Positions 9,419 through 19,187 of a stretch of 64,000 bases of DNA are shown in pieces. The stretch lies in NCBI GenBank assembly GCA_934141605.1, contig CAKPCL010000003.1, positions 6,851-70,850 of the forward strand, read 5' to 3'. The stretch comes from an uncultured Clostridia bacterium. Its GTDB lineage: Bacteria > Bacillota > Clostridia > TANB77 > CAG-508. The notes below the pieces were generated by a model, which saw only the letters and a program-made list of their open reading frames with translations, searched no databases and had not been told where the DNA came from. The position numbers were made by a program, and so were the translations under genes. The first letter of the stretch is position 1. Each line of letters opens with the position of its first letter.

Positions 9419-11086
9419 TTATAAAATTCCTTTTTTTCTGCCTCTCTGACTTTTTGGAAGAGCAGTTGTATTTTTTTTAGGTTTAACTTGTTGTTTCATG
9501 CTTTCTTCATATTCTTTTCTGAATTCTAATATTTCTTTATCTTCTTGCATATTTTTGTTATTTATTTCTTTTTTTACTTTTTTAGCATCTTTTTTAATCT
9601 TTTGTTCTTTAAGTTTTATCATTTCATCAGCTTGTCTAATTGATTCTATTCTATCACTATATTTATTGCTGAATTTGCTGTTTTTCTTGTGAGAATTTTT
9701 ATTATTTTTTTTGCCTTTTTTCTCATCTTTCTTCATTTGTTTTTTAATTTTATTTATTCTCTTATCTTCTCTTAACTTATTATTTAACATCAAATACTGA
9801 GGATCATTTTGTTTATCTTGATATTTTAAATCATCACATATAAGTTCTATGATTGATTCAGCTACTAATTCAGGGTCATGTCTTATGCAATCATTTGATA
9901 TCATAGATAAATTTCTTTGTAAAAATGTTATTCCTTTAACTTTATCTATATCAGGAATAACTAGGTCTTGTCCTTCTAGATTGTATCTTTTTATAAATTC
10001 AGGTACTACTTCTCCTGTATCATATATACAATAATCCACAATTCCTTTTCCACAATGTTCTATAATAGCATTTAAATGATCTGATACGCTGTATTCATCT
10101 GTTTGTCCAGGTTCTGTCATTATATTGCTTATATAAACTTTTAAGCCTGTATTTTCTTTTATTGCTTTTGCTACACCATTTACTAAAAGATTTGGTATAA
10201 CATTTGTATATAGGCTTCCTGGTCCAATTATTATACAGTCAGCTTCTTTTATTGCTTCAACAACTCCTGGTGCAGGTCTACAATTTGTAGGATTTAAATA
10301 AATTCTATTTATTTTTGTTACTTTTTCATATGTCACTTCAGGTATTTTAGATTTTTCTGTTACTATGTATCCATTGTCAAGTTCAGCTGTTATGTTCATT
10401 TCATCTAATGTAACTGGTAAAACTTTTCCAACTATATTTAATACTTCATTACTTTTAATTATAGAATCTGAAAAGTCTTTATTTATATTTTTCATTGCAC
10501 TAAAATATATATCAGAAAATGTTAAATTTCTTAATTTTCCTTCTGTAAATTTATAGTTTAATAATTTTTCTAATTGTCCATCTTTGTTTGAAAGTGCTAT
10601 CATACTATCTTTTACATCATCTAGTGGCATTGTTTGTAATTCTCTTCTAGATTCACTTACAGCTTCTCCATAATCAGATATTGTAACAATTGCTGTTAAA
10701 TTATCAGTGTATTTTTTAAGACCTGTTAAAACTGTGTTTAATCCTGTTCCACCACCAATTACTACAATATTAGGGCCTTGATGATATACTTTTTTGTTGA
10801 ATATTAATGATTTTAAATTAACATTACTTTTATCATTCATTCTGTCATCTGTTGACTCTATTAAAATTTCTAATGTTCTTTTATTAATAAACACTAGTCC
10901 TAGTATTATTGAAACAACTCCAATTATAAATACCAATATTATTTTTGCTAACTCTCCAAATGATATCTCTTTTAACACTAACACTTCTGCAGTGCCATAA
11001 CACATTAATATTACACCTATTAATATTAATAACATCCATCTCTTCAACTTACTTTTAGAATCAAACCATTCTATAAATCCGTTCAT
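9419..11086 (-). CDS. yvcK: YvcK/CofD-family gluconeogenesis-factor-like protein with extra N-terminal TM helices and a Lys-rich C-terminal tail
   Basis: NIVVIGGGTGLNTVLTGLKKYTDNLTAIVTISDYGE core. N-terminal LLILIGVILMCYG / IILVFIIGVVSIILGLVF. C-terminal ~130 aa K/E-rich. Confidence 0.7.
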   Translation of the reverse strand: MNGFIEWFDSKSKLKRWMLLILIGVILMCYGTAEVLVLKEISFGELAKIILVFIIGVVSIILGLVFINKRTLEILIESTDDRMNDKSNVNLKSLIFNKKVYHQGPNIVVIGGGTGLNTVLTGLKKYTDNLTAIVTISDYGEAVSESRRELQTMPLDDVKDSMIALSNKDGQLEKLLNYKFTEGKLRNLTFSDIYFSAMKNINKDFSDSIIKSNEVLNIVGKVLPVTLDEMNITAELDNGYIVTEKSKIPEVTYEKVTKINRIYLNPTNCRPAPGVVEAIKEADCIIIGPGSLYTNVIPNLLVNGVAKAIKENTGLKVYISNIMTEPGQTDEYSVSDHLNAIIEHCGKGIVDYCIYDTGEVVPEFIKRYNLEGQDLVIPDIDKVKGITFLQRNLSMISNDCIRHDPELVAESIIELICDDLKYQDKQNDPQYLMLNNKLREDKRINKIKKQMKKDEKKGKKNNKNSHKKNSKFSNKYSDRIESIRQADEMIKLKEQKIKKDAKKVKKEINNKNMQEDKEILEFRKEYEESMKQQVKPKKNTTALPKSQRGRKKGIL

Positions 11087-11157
11087 TTTTTACCTCCCAT
11101 ATTCTGTGTTCTATGTCAATGCCCATACTAAGCTATGTGTATTCACCTTGTTCATCA

Positions 11158-11209
11158 AGATCTGTCCCAAATGGACAAAATGTCCAAATAGAACCGTCCC
11201 GTTTGGACA
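11158..11209 (-). repeat. Dispersed palindromic element (half unit B plus full unit, reverse orientation)
   Basis: aagatctgtcccaaatggaca-aaa-tgtccaaatagaaccgtcccgtttggaca. Between the murB stop and the yvcK-like start. Confidence 0.9.
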
Positions 11210-12127
11210 TTACCCCAATATTTTTATTTCTAATTCTATCTTTTTTCCGAATTTTTCATAAACTTTATCTTTTACATATTTTGCTAAGTCTAATACATCT
11301 TGTGCTGTTGCATCTCCTGTGTTTATTATAAATCCTGCGTGTTTTTCTGAAATTTTTGCTCCTCCTATTGAATATCCTTTTAATCCTGCATCATCTATTA
11401 GTTTTGCTGTTATGAAGTCTGTTCCTCTTTTAAATGTGCTTCCTGCTGATGGGTATTCTACAGGTTGTTTTTCTTTTCTGTATTGTGCAAATTCTTGCAT
11501 TTTAGATTTTATTTCTTCTGTTTTTCCTTTTTGTAATGTTAATTTTACTTGTAAAATTATATATTCTCCATTAGAAAATTTGCTTTGCCTATATTTGAAT
11601 TCTGATTGTTGATTTGTAAATGTATGTATATTGCCATTATAGTCTATTGTTACAACTTCTGAAATTATATCTTTCATTTCTTTTCCATGTGCTCCTGCGT
11701 TCATAACAGTAGCTCCACCTATAGTTCCTGGAATTCCTGATAATTCTTCAAAACCAGAAATTTCTTCTTTTAATAATTTTTGTGCAAGTAATCCTAGTTG
11801 TACTCCATCATCAACTATTAATTCTACTTTTTCTTCATTTATATTTGTTATCTTTATATTTTTCATGTCTATTTTTACAACTATGCCTTTTATTCCTTTG
11901 TCTAATACTAATAAGTTGCTTCCATTTCCAACTACTGTTAGTGGTATTTTATTTTTTTTAGCAAATTGCAATACTTGTGTTAATTCTTCTACTGAATTTA
12001 CTTTTACAAAAAACTCTGCTGGTCCGCCTATTTTAAACGAAGTGTGTTCTTTCATTGGTTCATTTTGTTTTATTTTTTCTTTTGAAATAATTTTTTCTAA
12101 ATTATTTAATATTTCTGTGTTTTCCAA
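11210..12127 (-). CDS. murB: UDP-N-acetylenolpyruvoylglucosamine reductase
   Basis: 305 aa. HTSFKIGGPAEFF, GNGSNLLV, AGSTFKR and GGAKISEKHAGFIIN motifs. Confidence 0.9.
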   Translation of the reverse strand: MENTEILNNLEKIISKEKIKQNEPMKEHTSFKIGGPAEFFVKVNSVEELTQVLQFAKKNKIPLTVVGNGSNLLVLDKGIKGIVVKIDMKNIKITNINEEKVELIVDDGVQLGLLAQKLLKEEISGFEELSGIPGTIGGATVMNAGAHGKEMKDIISEVVTIDYNGNIHTFTNQQSEFKYRQSKFSNGEYIILQVKLTLQKGKTEEIKSKMQEFAQYRKEKQPVEYPSAGSTFKRGTDFITAKLIDDAGLKGYSIGGAKISEKHAGFIINTGDATAQDVLDLAKYVKDKVYEKFGKKIELEIKILG

Positions 12128-12312
12128 TTTTCACACTCACTTTCATATTTAAATTTATTTTTATATAGTATTTTTTACTGTTATAATATATCATTTTTTT
12201 ATTAAAATTACAATGTTTAAAACTTAATTAATTAAATTTGTTTCAAATGCTTTATTTTTCTTTAAATTTATAGTATAATTAATATATAATTTTAAATGAA
12301 GGAGATGTTTTT

Positions 12313-12750
12313 ATGTGGCAAGTTTGGTTAATTATTGCAGGATTATTCTTTATTGGTGAAATAGCAACTGTGGGATTTTTAGTATTTTGGTTTGGAGTTG
12401 GAGCTCTTATTGCTATGATTTCTAGCTTTTTCATTTCAAATGTAATTATTCAAACTTCTATATTTGTAATATCTTCTGCAATTTTATTATTTGTAACTAA
12501 GCCTTTTGTAAAAAAATTTGTAGATGTAAAGTCAACAAGTACAAATGCTTTTTCAATAATTGGTAAAAAAGCTATAGTTATTAAAGAAATTAATGCACAC
12601 TCTGTTGGACAAATCAAGCTTAATGGTGAAGTTTGGTCTGCTGAGTCTGAAAATAATGCTAGTATTGTAGAAGGTTCAGAAGTTGAAATTGTAAAAATTA
12701 ATGGTGTTAAGGCAATTGTTAAACCTATTAAAATGGAAGTTCAAGTTTAA
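12313..12750 (+). CDS. NfeD-family membrane protein
   Basis: 145 aa. N-terminal TM helices plus a C-terminal OB-like domain (GQIKLNGEVWSAES). Immediately upstream of an SPFH gene, the classic pairing. Confidence 0.75.
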   Translation: MWQVWLIIAGLFFIGEIATVGFLVFWFGVGALIAMISSFFISNVIIQTSIFVISSAILLFVTKPFVKKFVDVKSTSTNAFSIIGKKAIVIKEINAHSVGQIKLNGEVWSAESENNASIVEGSEVEIVKINGVKAIVKPIKMEVQV

Positions 12751-12820
12751 ATTTAGTTTTTAATATTACTTTTTTAAAAGTATACATATATATAAAATTA
12801 TAATAAAAGGAGGAATTTTT

Positions 12821-13726
12821 ATGCTATTTTTATTAATCGTATTAGCTATTATATTAGTTATAGCATTTAAATCAATTAAAATCGTTAAACAAGCTGAGGT
12901 TTATGTAATTGAAAGATTGGGTAAATTTTATAAAGTTGCAGATGCTGGTCTTACAATTATTATTCCATTTTTCGATCGTGTTCGTTCAGTTGTAAGTTTA
13001 AAACAACAAACAATGGATGTTCCACCTCAAGGAGTTATTACAAAAGATAATGTTACAATAACAATAGATACTGTTGTTTTCTATCAGATAACAGATCCTG
13101 CAAAAGCAGTTTATGAAATTCAAAGTTTAAAGAAAGGTATCGAATACCTAGCTATTACAACAATTCGTGATATTATTGGTAAAATGTCTTTGGATGAAAC
13201 ATTTAGTTCAAGAGATGAAATTAACAATCAATTAAGAATTGTTTTAGATGAAGCTACTGATAGATGGGGCTGTAAAGTTGATAGAGTTGAAATTAAAGAC
13301 ATTACACCTCCTGCTGATATTAGAGATGCAATGGAAAAAGAAATGAACGCAGAAAGAAATAAGAGAGCTTTAATTCTAGAATCTGAAGCTCAAAGACAAT
13401 CTGCTATAACAATTGCTGAAGGTAAAAAACAAGCTGCTATTTTAGAGGCTGAAGCTGATAAAGAAGCTAAAATTACTAGAGCTGCCGGTGAAGCACAAGC
13501 TATTAAAGAGGTTGCTGAAGCTAAGGCTAAAGAAATTCAAATGGTTTATGAAGCTATTAAAAATGCAGATCCAGATGAAAAATTAGTTCAATTAAAATCT
13601 TTAGAGGCTTTAGAGAAAGTTGCTGATGGAGAGGCTAATAAAGTATTTATTCCTTTTGAAGCAACTAGTGCACTTTCTAGTTTAGGCGCTATAAAAGAAG
13701 TTATGAAAGATGAAAAGAAAAAATAA
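12821..13726 (+). CDS. SPFH/Band-7 (stomatin/prohibitin-like) membrane protein
   Basis: 301 aa. IVKQAEVYVIERLGKF...TKDNVTITIDTVVFYQITDP plus an Ala/Glu-rich coiled-coil tail. Confidence 0.85.
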   Translation: MLFLLIVLAIILVIAFKSIKIVKQAEVYVIERLGKFYKVADAGLTIIIPFFDRVRSVVSLKQQTMDVPPQGVITKDNVTITIDTVVFYQITDPAKAVYEIQSLKKGIEYLAITTIRDIIGKMSLDETFSSRDEINNQLRIVLDEATDRWGCKVDRVEIKDITPPADIRDAMEKEMNAERNKRALILESEAQRQSAITIAEGKKQAAILEAEADKEAKITRAAGEAQAIKEVAEAKAKEIQMVYEAIKNADPDEKLVQLKSLEALEKVADGEANKVFIPFEATSALSSLGAIKEVMKDEKKK

Positions 13727-13732
13727 AAAACA

Positions 13733-13765
13733 GGATTGGAGAACAAGTCTCCAATCCCTTTTTTT
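13733..13765. terminator. Bidirectional intrinsic terminator between the SPFH gene (+) and argS (-)
   Basis: ggattggagaacaagtctccaatcc flanked by an A-run and TTTTTTT. Confidence 0.75.
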
Positions 13766-15470
13766 ACATTTTTTCTGGCATTTGTATTCCTAATAATTCT
13801 GCTCCCTGTTTTAAAACTTCTGATGTTGCATAAGTTAGATAAACACGAGCATCTTGAACTTCTTTATCTTCAATAATAATTTTATTTTCATTATAAAAAC
13901 TACTATAAGCTTTTGCTAAATCAATTAAATATCTTGCAAGTATAGATGGTTCATTTTTATCTGTTACCTGAATTAAAATATCTTCAAAATTATAAATCAA
14001 TTTTAAAATTATCATTGAGTATTCATCTGATAAATTATCTATTTTTACATCTTCAATTTTTGGTAAATATCCTGCTTTTTCTAATACACCTTTTGTTCTA
14101 ACATATGAATATTGAATATATGGTCCAGTTTCTCCTTGGAAATTTAAAATTGTATTCCAATCAAATATTTCGTCTTTTATTCTTGACGCTGACATATCAT
14201 TAAATATAACTGCACCTATTCCAACTTTTTTAGCTACTTCTTCTTTATTTTCTAAGTCTGGATTTTTTTGTTCTATTATTTCTTTTGCTCTAGAAATTGC
14301 TTCATTTAATAAATCTTCTAGTTTGATAATATTTCCTTCTCTTGTTGACATTTTACCTTCTGGTAATAGTACCATTCCAAATGATACGTGTTCTAATCCT
14401 TTTGTATATTTTTCATCTAATCCTAAAAGTTTTGCTACTTCAAATACTTGTTTAAAGTGTAATACTTGTTCATATGATGTTACATATAATGCTTTGTCAA
14501 AATTATATGTTCTAGCTCTATATAAAATTGCTGCTAAGTCTCTAGTTGCATATGTTGTAGAACCATTTGATTTTTCTATTATACATGGTGTATTTATTCC
14601 TTTATCTTCCAAGTCTATTATCTTTGCACCTTGTGATTCTACTAATTTTCCTGTTTTTTCTAAAATTTCTATTACTTCTGGCATTTTGTCTGAATAAAAT
14701 GATTCCCCGTTCCATGAGTCAAATTTGCTTCCAAGTAAATCATATACTTTTTGAAATTCTTGTAAACTTAGTTCTCTGAATTTTTTCCAAATTTCTACAC
14801 AATATGAGTCACCGTCTTCTAATTTTTTGAAGTTATTTCTGCAATTTTCTAGTATTTGTTCGTCATTTTTACATGCTTCATTTATTCTTATGTAGATTTT
14901 GGTTAATTCATTTATTGGGTCATTTTCTATATCATATTCCTTGCCCCACATTTTGTAGCCCTCTATTAGTTTTCCAAATTGTGTTCCATAATCTCCTAAA
15001 TGATTGACTCCTGTTACATTATATCCCAAGTATTTGTATATATTGTATAGTGCTCCACCTATTACTGTTGAACGCAAATGTCCTATGTGAAAAGGTTTTG
15101 CAATGTTTGGTGCTGAATAGTCTATTACTATGTTTTTTTCTTTTCCTATTTCTGATTTTCCATATTGTTCGTTTTTTGAGATTTCTTCTAATACTTCTTT
15201 AGCTAAAATTGATTTGTTTATGAAAAAGTTTAAATATCCACCTGCTACTTCTATTTTTTCTATTTCTTCTACTGTTTCTATTTTTTCTTTTATTTCATTT
15301 GCTATAGCTGGTGGTGCTTTTCTTAATTCTTTTGCTAGTTTAAAGCATGGAAAAGCATAGTCTCCGTTTTTGCTGTCTTTTGGTGTTTCTATGTAACTTT
15401 CTAATTCTTTTTCATTTATATTTATTGTTTTGGATATTTGCTCCGCTATTATCTGCTTAAAATTTTTCAA
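13764..15470 (-). CDS. argS: Arginine--tRNA ligase
   Basis: 568 aa. APNIAKPFHIGHLRSTVIGGAL (HIGH region) and ArgS N-terminal and anticodon-binding regions. Confidence 0.9.
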   Translation of the reverse strand: MKNFKQIIAEQISKTININEKELESYIETPKDSKNGDYAFPCFKLAKELRKAPPAIANEIKEKIETVEEIEKIEVAGGYLNFFINKSILAKEVLEEISKNEQYGKSEIGKEKNIVIDYSAPNIAKPFHIGHLRSTVIGGALYNIYKYLGYNVTGVNHLGDYGTQFGKLIEGYKMWGKEYDIENDPINELTKIYIRINEACKNDEQILENCRNNFKKLEDGDSYCVEIWKKFRELSLQEFQKVYDLLGSKFDSWNGESFYSDKMPEVIEILEKTGKLVESQGAKIIDLEDKGINTPCIIEKSNGSTTYATRDLAAILYRARTYNFDKALYVTSYEQVLHFKQVFEVAKLLGLDEKYTKGLEHVSFGMVLLPEGKMSTREGNIIKLEDLLNEAISRAKEIIEQKNPDLENKEEVAKKVGIGAVIFNDMSASRIKDEIFDWNTILNFQGETGPYIQYSYVRTKGVLEKAGYLPKIEDVKIDNLSDEYSMIILKLIYNFEDILIQVTDKNEPSILARYLIDLAKAYSSFYNENKIIIEDKEVQDARVYLTYATSEVLKQGAELLGIQMPEKM

Positions 15471-16021
15471 TTTGTTTCCTCCTTATAATTGAATAATTGC
15501 TCCAAAATATTCTTGTATCTTTTAAAAATTTCATTACTCTTATCTACTCCATATATACAACTTTCATATACACTTGTATAATACCATCTTTGTTCTTCTG
15601 GATTTCTGCTCAATACATTATCTTTTCCATATTTTTTTATATTAGCTAGCGAATCTTCTAAGTTGCTAATTTTATCACACGCAACTATCAATTTTGAACC
15701 TAGTGGTGCATTTTTTATGTGATTAATTGTATGTTCTTTTCTATCTTTCCATGGTAATGTCTTATCTGGTTCAGAAGCATCATATACATAATCTCTAATT
15801 TTTTTTCCAAAATCCTTTTCTATATCATCAAATGTCTTTTCCGTATCTTCAACAACATCATGTAAAATACCTGCTGCAACAACTTCCTCATCTTGACCAT
15901 TTCTTTGTAATATCATTCCTACTGTAAATGGATGAAAAATCATGTCTACATCTTCCATCTTTCTTTTCTGTCCTTTATGAGCTTTAGTTGCATAATAAAT
16001 TGCATATTCTATTTTATCCAT
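15467..16021 (-). CDS. HD-domain (p)ppGpp-hydrolase-like protein (RelA/SpoT HD family, small alarmone hydrolase type)
   Basis: 184 aa. YATKAHKGQKRK...HPFTVGMIL...AGILHDVVEDT. Stop overlaps the argS start. Confidence 0.7.
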   Translation of the reverse strand: MDKIEYAIYYATKAHKGQKRKMEDVDMIFHPFTVGMILQRNGQDEEVVAAGILHDVVEDTEKTFDDIEKDFGKKIRDYVYDASEPDKTLPWKDRKEHTINHIKNAPLGSKLIVACDKISNLEDSLANIKKYGKDNVLSRNPEEQRWYYTSVYESCIYGVDKSNEIFKRYKNILEQLFNYKEETN

Positions 16022-16092
16022 ATTTAATCACCTCTACTATTTTCCTATTATATTATAAAAAAGCATTTTTTACAATATTTTTAATCAATTTA

Positions 16093-16121
16093 TTGACTAA
16101 AACTTCAATTTATGCAATAAT
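16093..16121 (+). promoter_or_regulatory. Possible sigma-A promoter (TTGACT-17-AATAAT)
   Basis: ttgactaaaacttcaatttatgcaataat upstream of the kinase-like remnant. Confidence 0.3.
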
Positions 16122-16172
16122 TTTATTATGTAACTTTTATAAACTAGTTTCTCTATTAGAAAGGGGTGTAGT

Positions 16173-16466
16173 ATGAATATACGGCCTATTACTATTGAGT
16201 TTACCGGACCTCCTAATTCTGGTAAAACAACATTAATTCATAATTTGGCAAAATCATTACAAGAAAAAGGTTTTTCTGTTAAAGTAATGCAAGAAGATAA
16301 TCTTCTTCCAGATTGGCTCTTCATTATTGATGTTTCAGTAGAAGAATCTATTAAAAGAAGATATGCAGACAGCAAAAAAGTCAAACTATCTTGTTTGACT
16401 TTTTTCAATATAATTCCAACTGTCTTTACACATATCATCAATGTTTTTCTCTGCTACCCATCCTAA
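16173..16466 (+). pseudogene. Remnant of a P-loop nucleoside/nucleotide-kinase-like gene (internally deleted; 3' end runs antisense into galE)
   Basis: ITIEFTGPPNSGKTTLIHNLAKSL (Walker A) is joined after only ~20 aa to PDWLFIIDVSVEESIKRR (LID/late motif). The ORF tail overlaps the convergent galE 3' end (16386..16466). Confidence 0.5.
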
Positions 16467-17396
16467 TTCTTCTTTTGCTTTAGTAGGGTCTGCATAACAA
16501 GTAGCAATATCTCCAGGTCTTCTAGGTGCTATTTTGTATGGAACTGCTTTACCTGTTGCTTTTTCAAAACCTTTTACCATATCTAGAACACTGTATCCAT
16601 GGCCTGTTCCTAAATTGTAAATATATAATCCTTCACTTTCTTTTTCTAGTTTTTCTAATGCTTTTATATGTCCTTTTGCTAAATCTACAACATGTATGTA
16701 ATCTCTTACACCTGTTCCATCTGGTGTATTGTAATCGTTTCCAAATACTGATAATTCTTTTAATGTTCCTGCTGCAACTCTTGCTACATATGGCATTAAG
16801 TTATTTGGTATTCCTTTTGGTTCTTCTCCTATTAATCCACTTTCATGTGCACCTACTGGATTAAAATATCTTAATATGCAGATATCCCATGTGTTGTCTG
16901 ATTTATATATGTCTTTTAATATTTGTTCTATAAATAATTTTGTTGTTCCATATGGATTTGTTGTTCCTCCTGTTGGTGTATCTTCTGTTATTGGCATTTT
17001 TTCTGGTTCTCCATATACTGTTGCTGATGAACTGAATATGAATTTTTTGCATCCATATTTTCTCATTGTGTCTAATAATACTAATGCTCCTGATATGTTA
17101 TTTGTGTAGTATTCTATTGGTTTTTGTACTGATTCTCCAACTGCCTTGTATCCCGCAAAATTCATTACTGCTTCTATGTTGTTTTCCTCAAATACTTTTT
17201 CTAGTTTTTCTCTGTCTAGATAATCCATTTCGTAAAATTTAAAGTCTTTTCCTGTTATTTTTTTTATTGCCTCTAATGCTTTTGGTGTACTGTTTGAGAA
17301 GTTGTCTATTATGACTATTTCTCTTCCTTTATTTAATAATTCTACAGCAGTGTGACTTCCTATAAATCCTGCTCCTCCTGGTAATAATATTGCCAT
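16386..17396 (-). CDS. galE: UDP-glucose 4-epimerase
   Basis: 336 aa. [14 protein letters not shown] Rossmann motif, SSSATVYG and YGTTK catalytic motif. Confidence 0.9.
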   Translation of the reverse strand: MAILLPGGAGFIGSHTAVELLNKGREIVIIDNFSNSTPKALEAIKKITGKDFKFYEMDYLDREKLEKVFEENNIEAVMNFAGYKAVGESVQKPIEYYTNNISGALVLLDTMRKYGCKKFIFSSSATVYGEPEKMPITEDTPTGGTTNPYGTTKLFIEQILKDIYKSDNTWDICILRYFNPVGAHESGLIGEEPKGIPNNLMPYVARVAAGTLKELSVFGNDYNTPDGTGVRDYIHVVDLAKGHIKALEKLEKESEGLYIYNLGTGHGYSVLDMVKGFEKATGKAVPYKIAPRRPGDIATCYADPTKAKEELGWVAEKNIDDMCKDSWNYIEKSQTR

Positions 17397-17446
17397 TTTT
17401 TATTCCTCCTTAATTTTTTAAAAATTAGTTCATACTTTTTTAAATC

Positions 17447-17728
17447 TTATTTTATTTTTTTCATAAAACTTTTATCGATAACTAAAGTATCATCTTCAAT
17501 TTTTAATATCTTTAAAATTTCCTCTTGATTCTTAAATACATTAATTAAAATGATATCTTGTTTAATATTTTGAAATGTTAGTCGTATATTATTTTTATTT
17601 TTTTGATCTATTCTAACAAAATTATTTAGTTTATCAGTTATTGTGATCCAAGGGAAATCTTCCAAAATACGATAATTATATCCAATTCCAGTATTTTCTA
17701 AATATTTTTGTATCTTTCTTAATTTCAT
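17447..17728 (-). CDS. Hypothetical small protein (93 aa)
   Basis: ATG overlaps the cysS stop (ATATGA). No recognisable family. Confidence 0.4.
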   Translation of the reverse strand: MKLRKIQKYLENTGIGYNYRILEDFPWITITDKLNNFVRIDQKNKNNIRLTFQNIKQDIILINVFKNQEEILKILKIEDDTLVIDKSFMKKIK

Positions 17729-19119
17729 ATTTTATTTACTTCTACTCCATTTTTTGTATCTTTTACATTATATCCTTTTTGATTAATTAAATCTCTTAAT
17801 TCATCTGATTTTGTCCAGTCTTTGTTTTCTCTCGCAATTTTTCTTTGCTCAACTAAATCTAAAACCTCTTGTGGAATTTTCTCTTTTTCTGAATTCACTT
17901 CATCAATTTTAATTCCTAAAACAGTATCAAACTTAGCAAGCAATTTTGCGACTTCTGGATTTTTCTTTTCAAATCTAGCAGCTTCCCAAACAAAGCTCAT
18001 CGCAAGTGGCATATTTAAGTCGTCATTTATTGCCTTATGGAAGTTTTCTTCTATTTGTGTTAATTTTTCTTTATCATCTGATGTTAATTCATCTACTCCA
18101 TTTAAGTTCATTTGATAGCTATTACGCAACCTTTCTAACGATTTTGATGCTGAATCTATTCCTTCCCATGTGAAATTTAATTTATTTCTATAATGACAAG
18201 AATAACTAAATAATTTATATACAATTGGGTCATATCCTTTTTCTTTTATGTCTTTTACTAAATATACATTTCCTAATGATTTTGACATTTTTCCACCATT
18301 TATAAGTAGATATTCTCCATGTAACCAATATCTTGCAGGTATCTTACCGCATTTTCCTTTACTTTGTGCTATTTCATTTTCATGATGAGTTGGTATTAAA
18401 TCTATTCCACCTGTATGTATATCAAATTGGTCTCCTAAATATTTTTGTCCCATTGCTGAACACTCTATGTGCCAGCCCGGATAACTTGGTCCCCATGGAC
18501 TATCCCATTTCATTAAATGATTTTCTGGTGCTTTTATCCATAAAGCAAAATCATGTGGATTTCTTTTTTCTGGGTCTACTTCAACTCTTGCTCCTGCTTT
18601 TTGATTTTCTAAATCTAAGTTTGATAGTATTGGATATTTGTCTAGTTTTGATATATCAAAATATATTGCTGTTGATGTTTCATATGCATATCCATTTTCA
18701 ATTAGTTTTTCAACATATTCTAACATTTCTTTTATATGTTCTGTTGCTTTACATACTATTTCTGGAGTTTCTACATTTAATGTATTTAAATCATCAAAGA
18801 ATAATTTTGTATAATATTCTGCTATTTGTAATGGCGTTTTGTGTTCCTCTCTCGCTGATTTTAACATTTTGTCTTCACCTTCATCTCCGTCTGATACTAG
18901 GTGTCCAACATCTGTTATGTTCATTACATGCTTTATCTTATAGCCATTATATCTTAATGTTCTTCTTAATACATCTTGAAATATATTTGTTCTCATATTT
19001 CCGATTGTTGCATTTCTGTATACAGTTGGTCCACATGAATATATTCTTACTTCTTCAGGGTCTATTGGATTAAATTCATCTTTTTTCTTGGTTAAAGTAT
19101 TATAAAAATATATTTTCAT
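17725..19119 (-). CDS. cysS: Cysteine--tRNA ligase
   Basis: 464 aa. YSCGPTVY, CHIECSAMG-like WHIECS and GKMSKSLGN (KMSKS) motifs. Confidence 0.9.
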   Translation of the reverse strand: MKIYFYNTLTKKKDEFNPIDPEEVRIYSCGPTVYRNATIGNMRTNIFQDVLRRTLRYNGYKIKHVMNITDVGHLVSDGDEGEDKMLKSAREEHKTPLQIAEYYTKLFFDDLNTLNVETPEIVCKATEHIKEMLEYVEKLIENGYAYETSTAIYFDISKLDKYPILSNLDLENQKAGARVEVDPEKRNPHDFALWIKAPENHLMKWDSPWGPSYPGWHIECSAMGQKYLGDQFDIHTGGIDLIPTHHENEIAQSKGKCGKIPARYWLHGEYLLINGGKMSKSLGNVYLVKDIKEKGYDPIVYKLFSYSCHYRNKLNFTWEGIDSASKSLERLRNSYQMNLNGVDELTSDDKEKLTQIEENFHKAINDDLNMPLAMSFVWEAARFEKKNPEVAKLLAKFDTVLGIKIDEVNSEKEKIPQEVLDLVEQRKIARENKDWTKSDELRDLINQKGYNVKDTKNGVEVNKI

Positions 19120-19148
19120 ATTTTCTCCTTATCTTTTTTATTTTATAA

Positions 19149-19172
19149 TTGGCAGATATACTTATCTGCCAA
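19149..19172 (-). terminator. Hairpin downstream of the PBP gene (weak terminator candidate)
   Basis: ttggcagata-tact-tatctgccaa, a perfect 10-bp stem. No good U-tract on the minus strand. Confidence 0.3.
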
Positions 19173-19187
19173 TTTATATTTTACTTT

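Noticed and set aside
18333-19073. 246-aa plus-strand ORF
   Set aside because: Lies entirely antisense to cysS. The translation is Leu/Phe/Ile/His-rich low complexity, typical of the reverse frame of AT-rich genes. No RBS.
19120-19187. T-box leader upstream of cysS (and of argS)
   Set aside because: Only 68 nt separate cysS from the upstream PBP gene, and argS overlaps the HD gene. That is far too short for a T-box, and no T-box sequence is visible.
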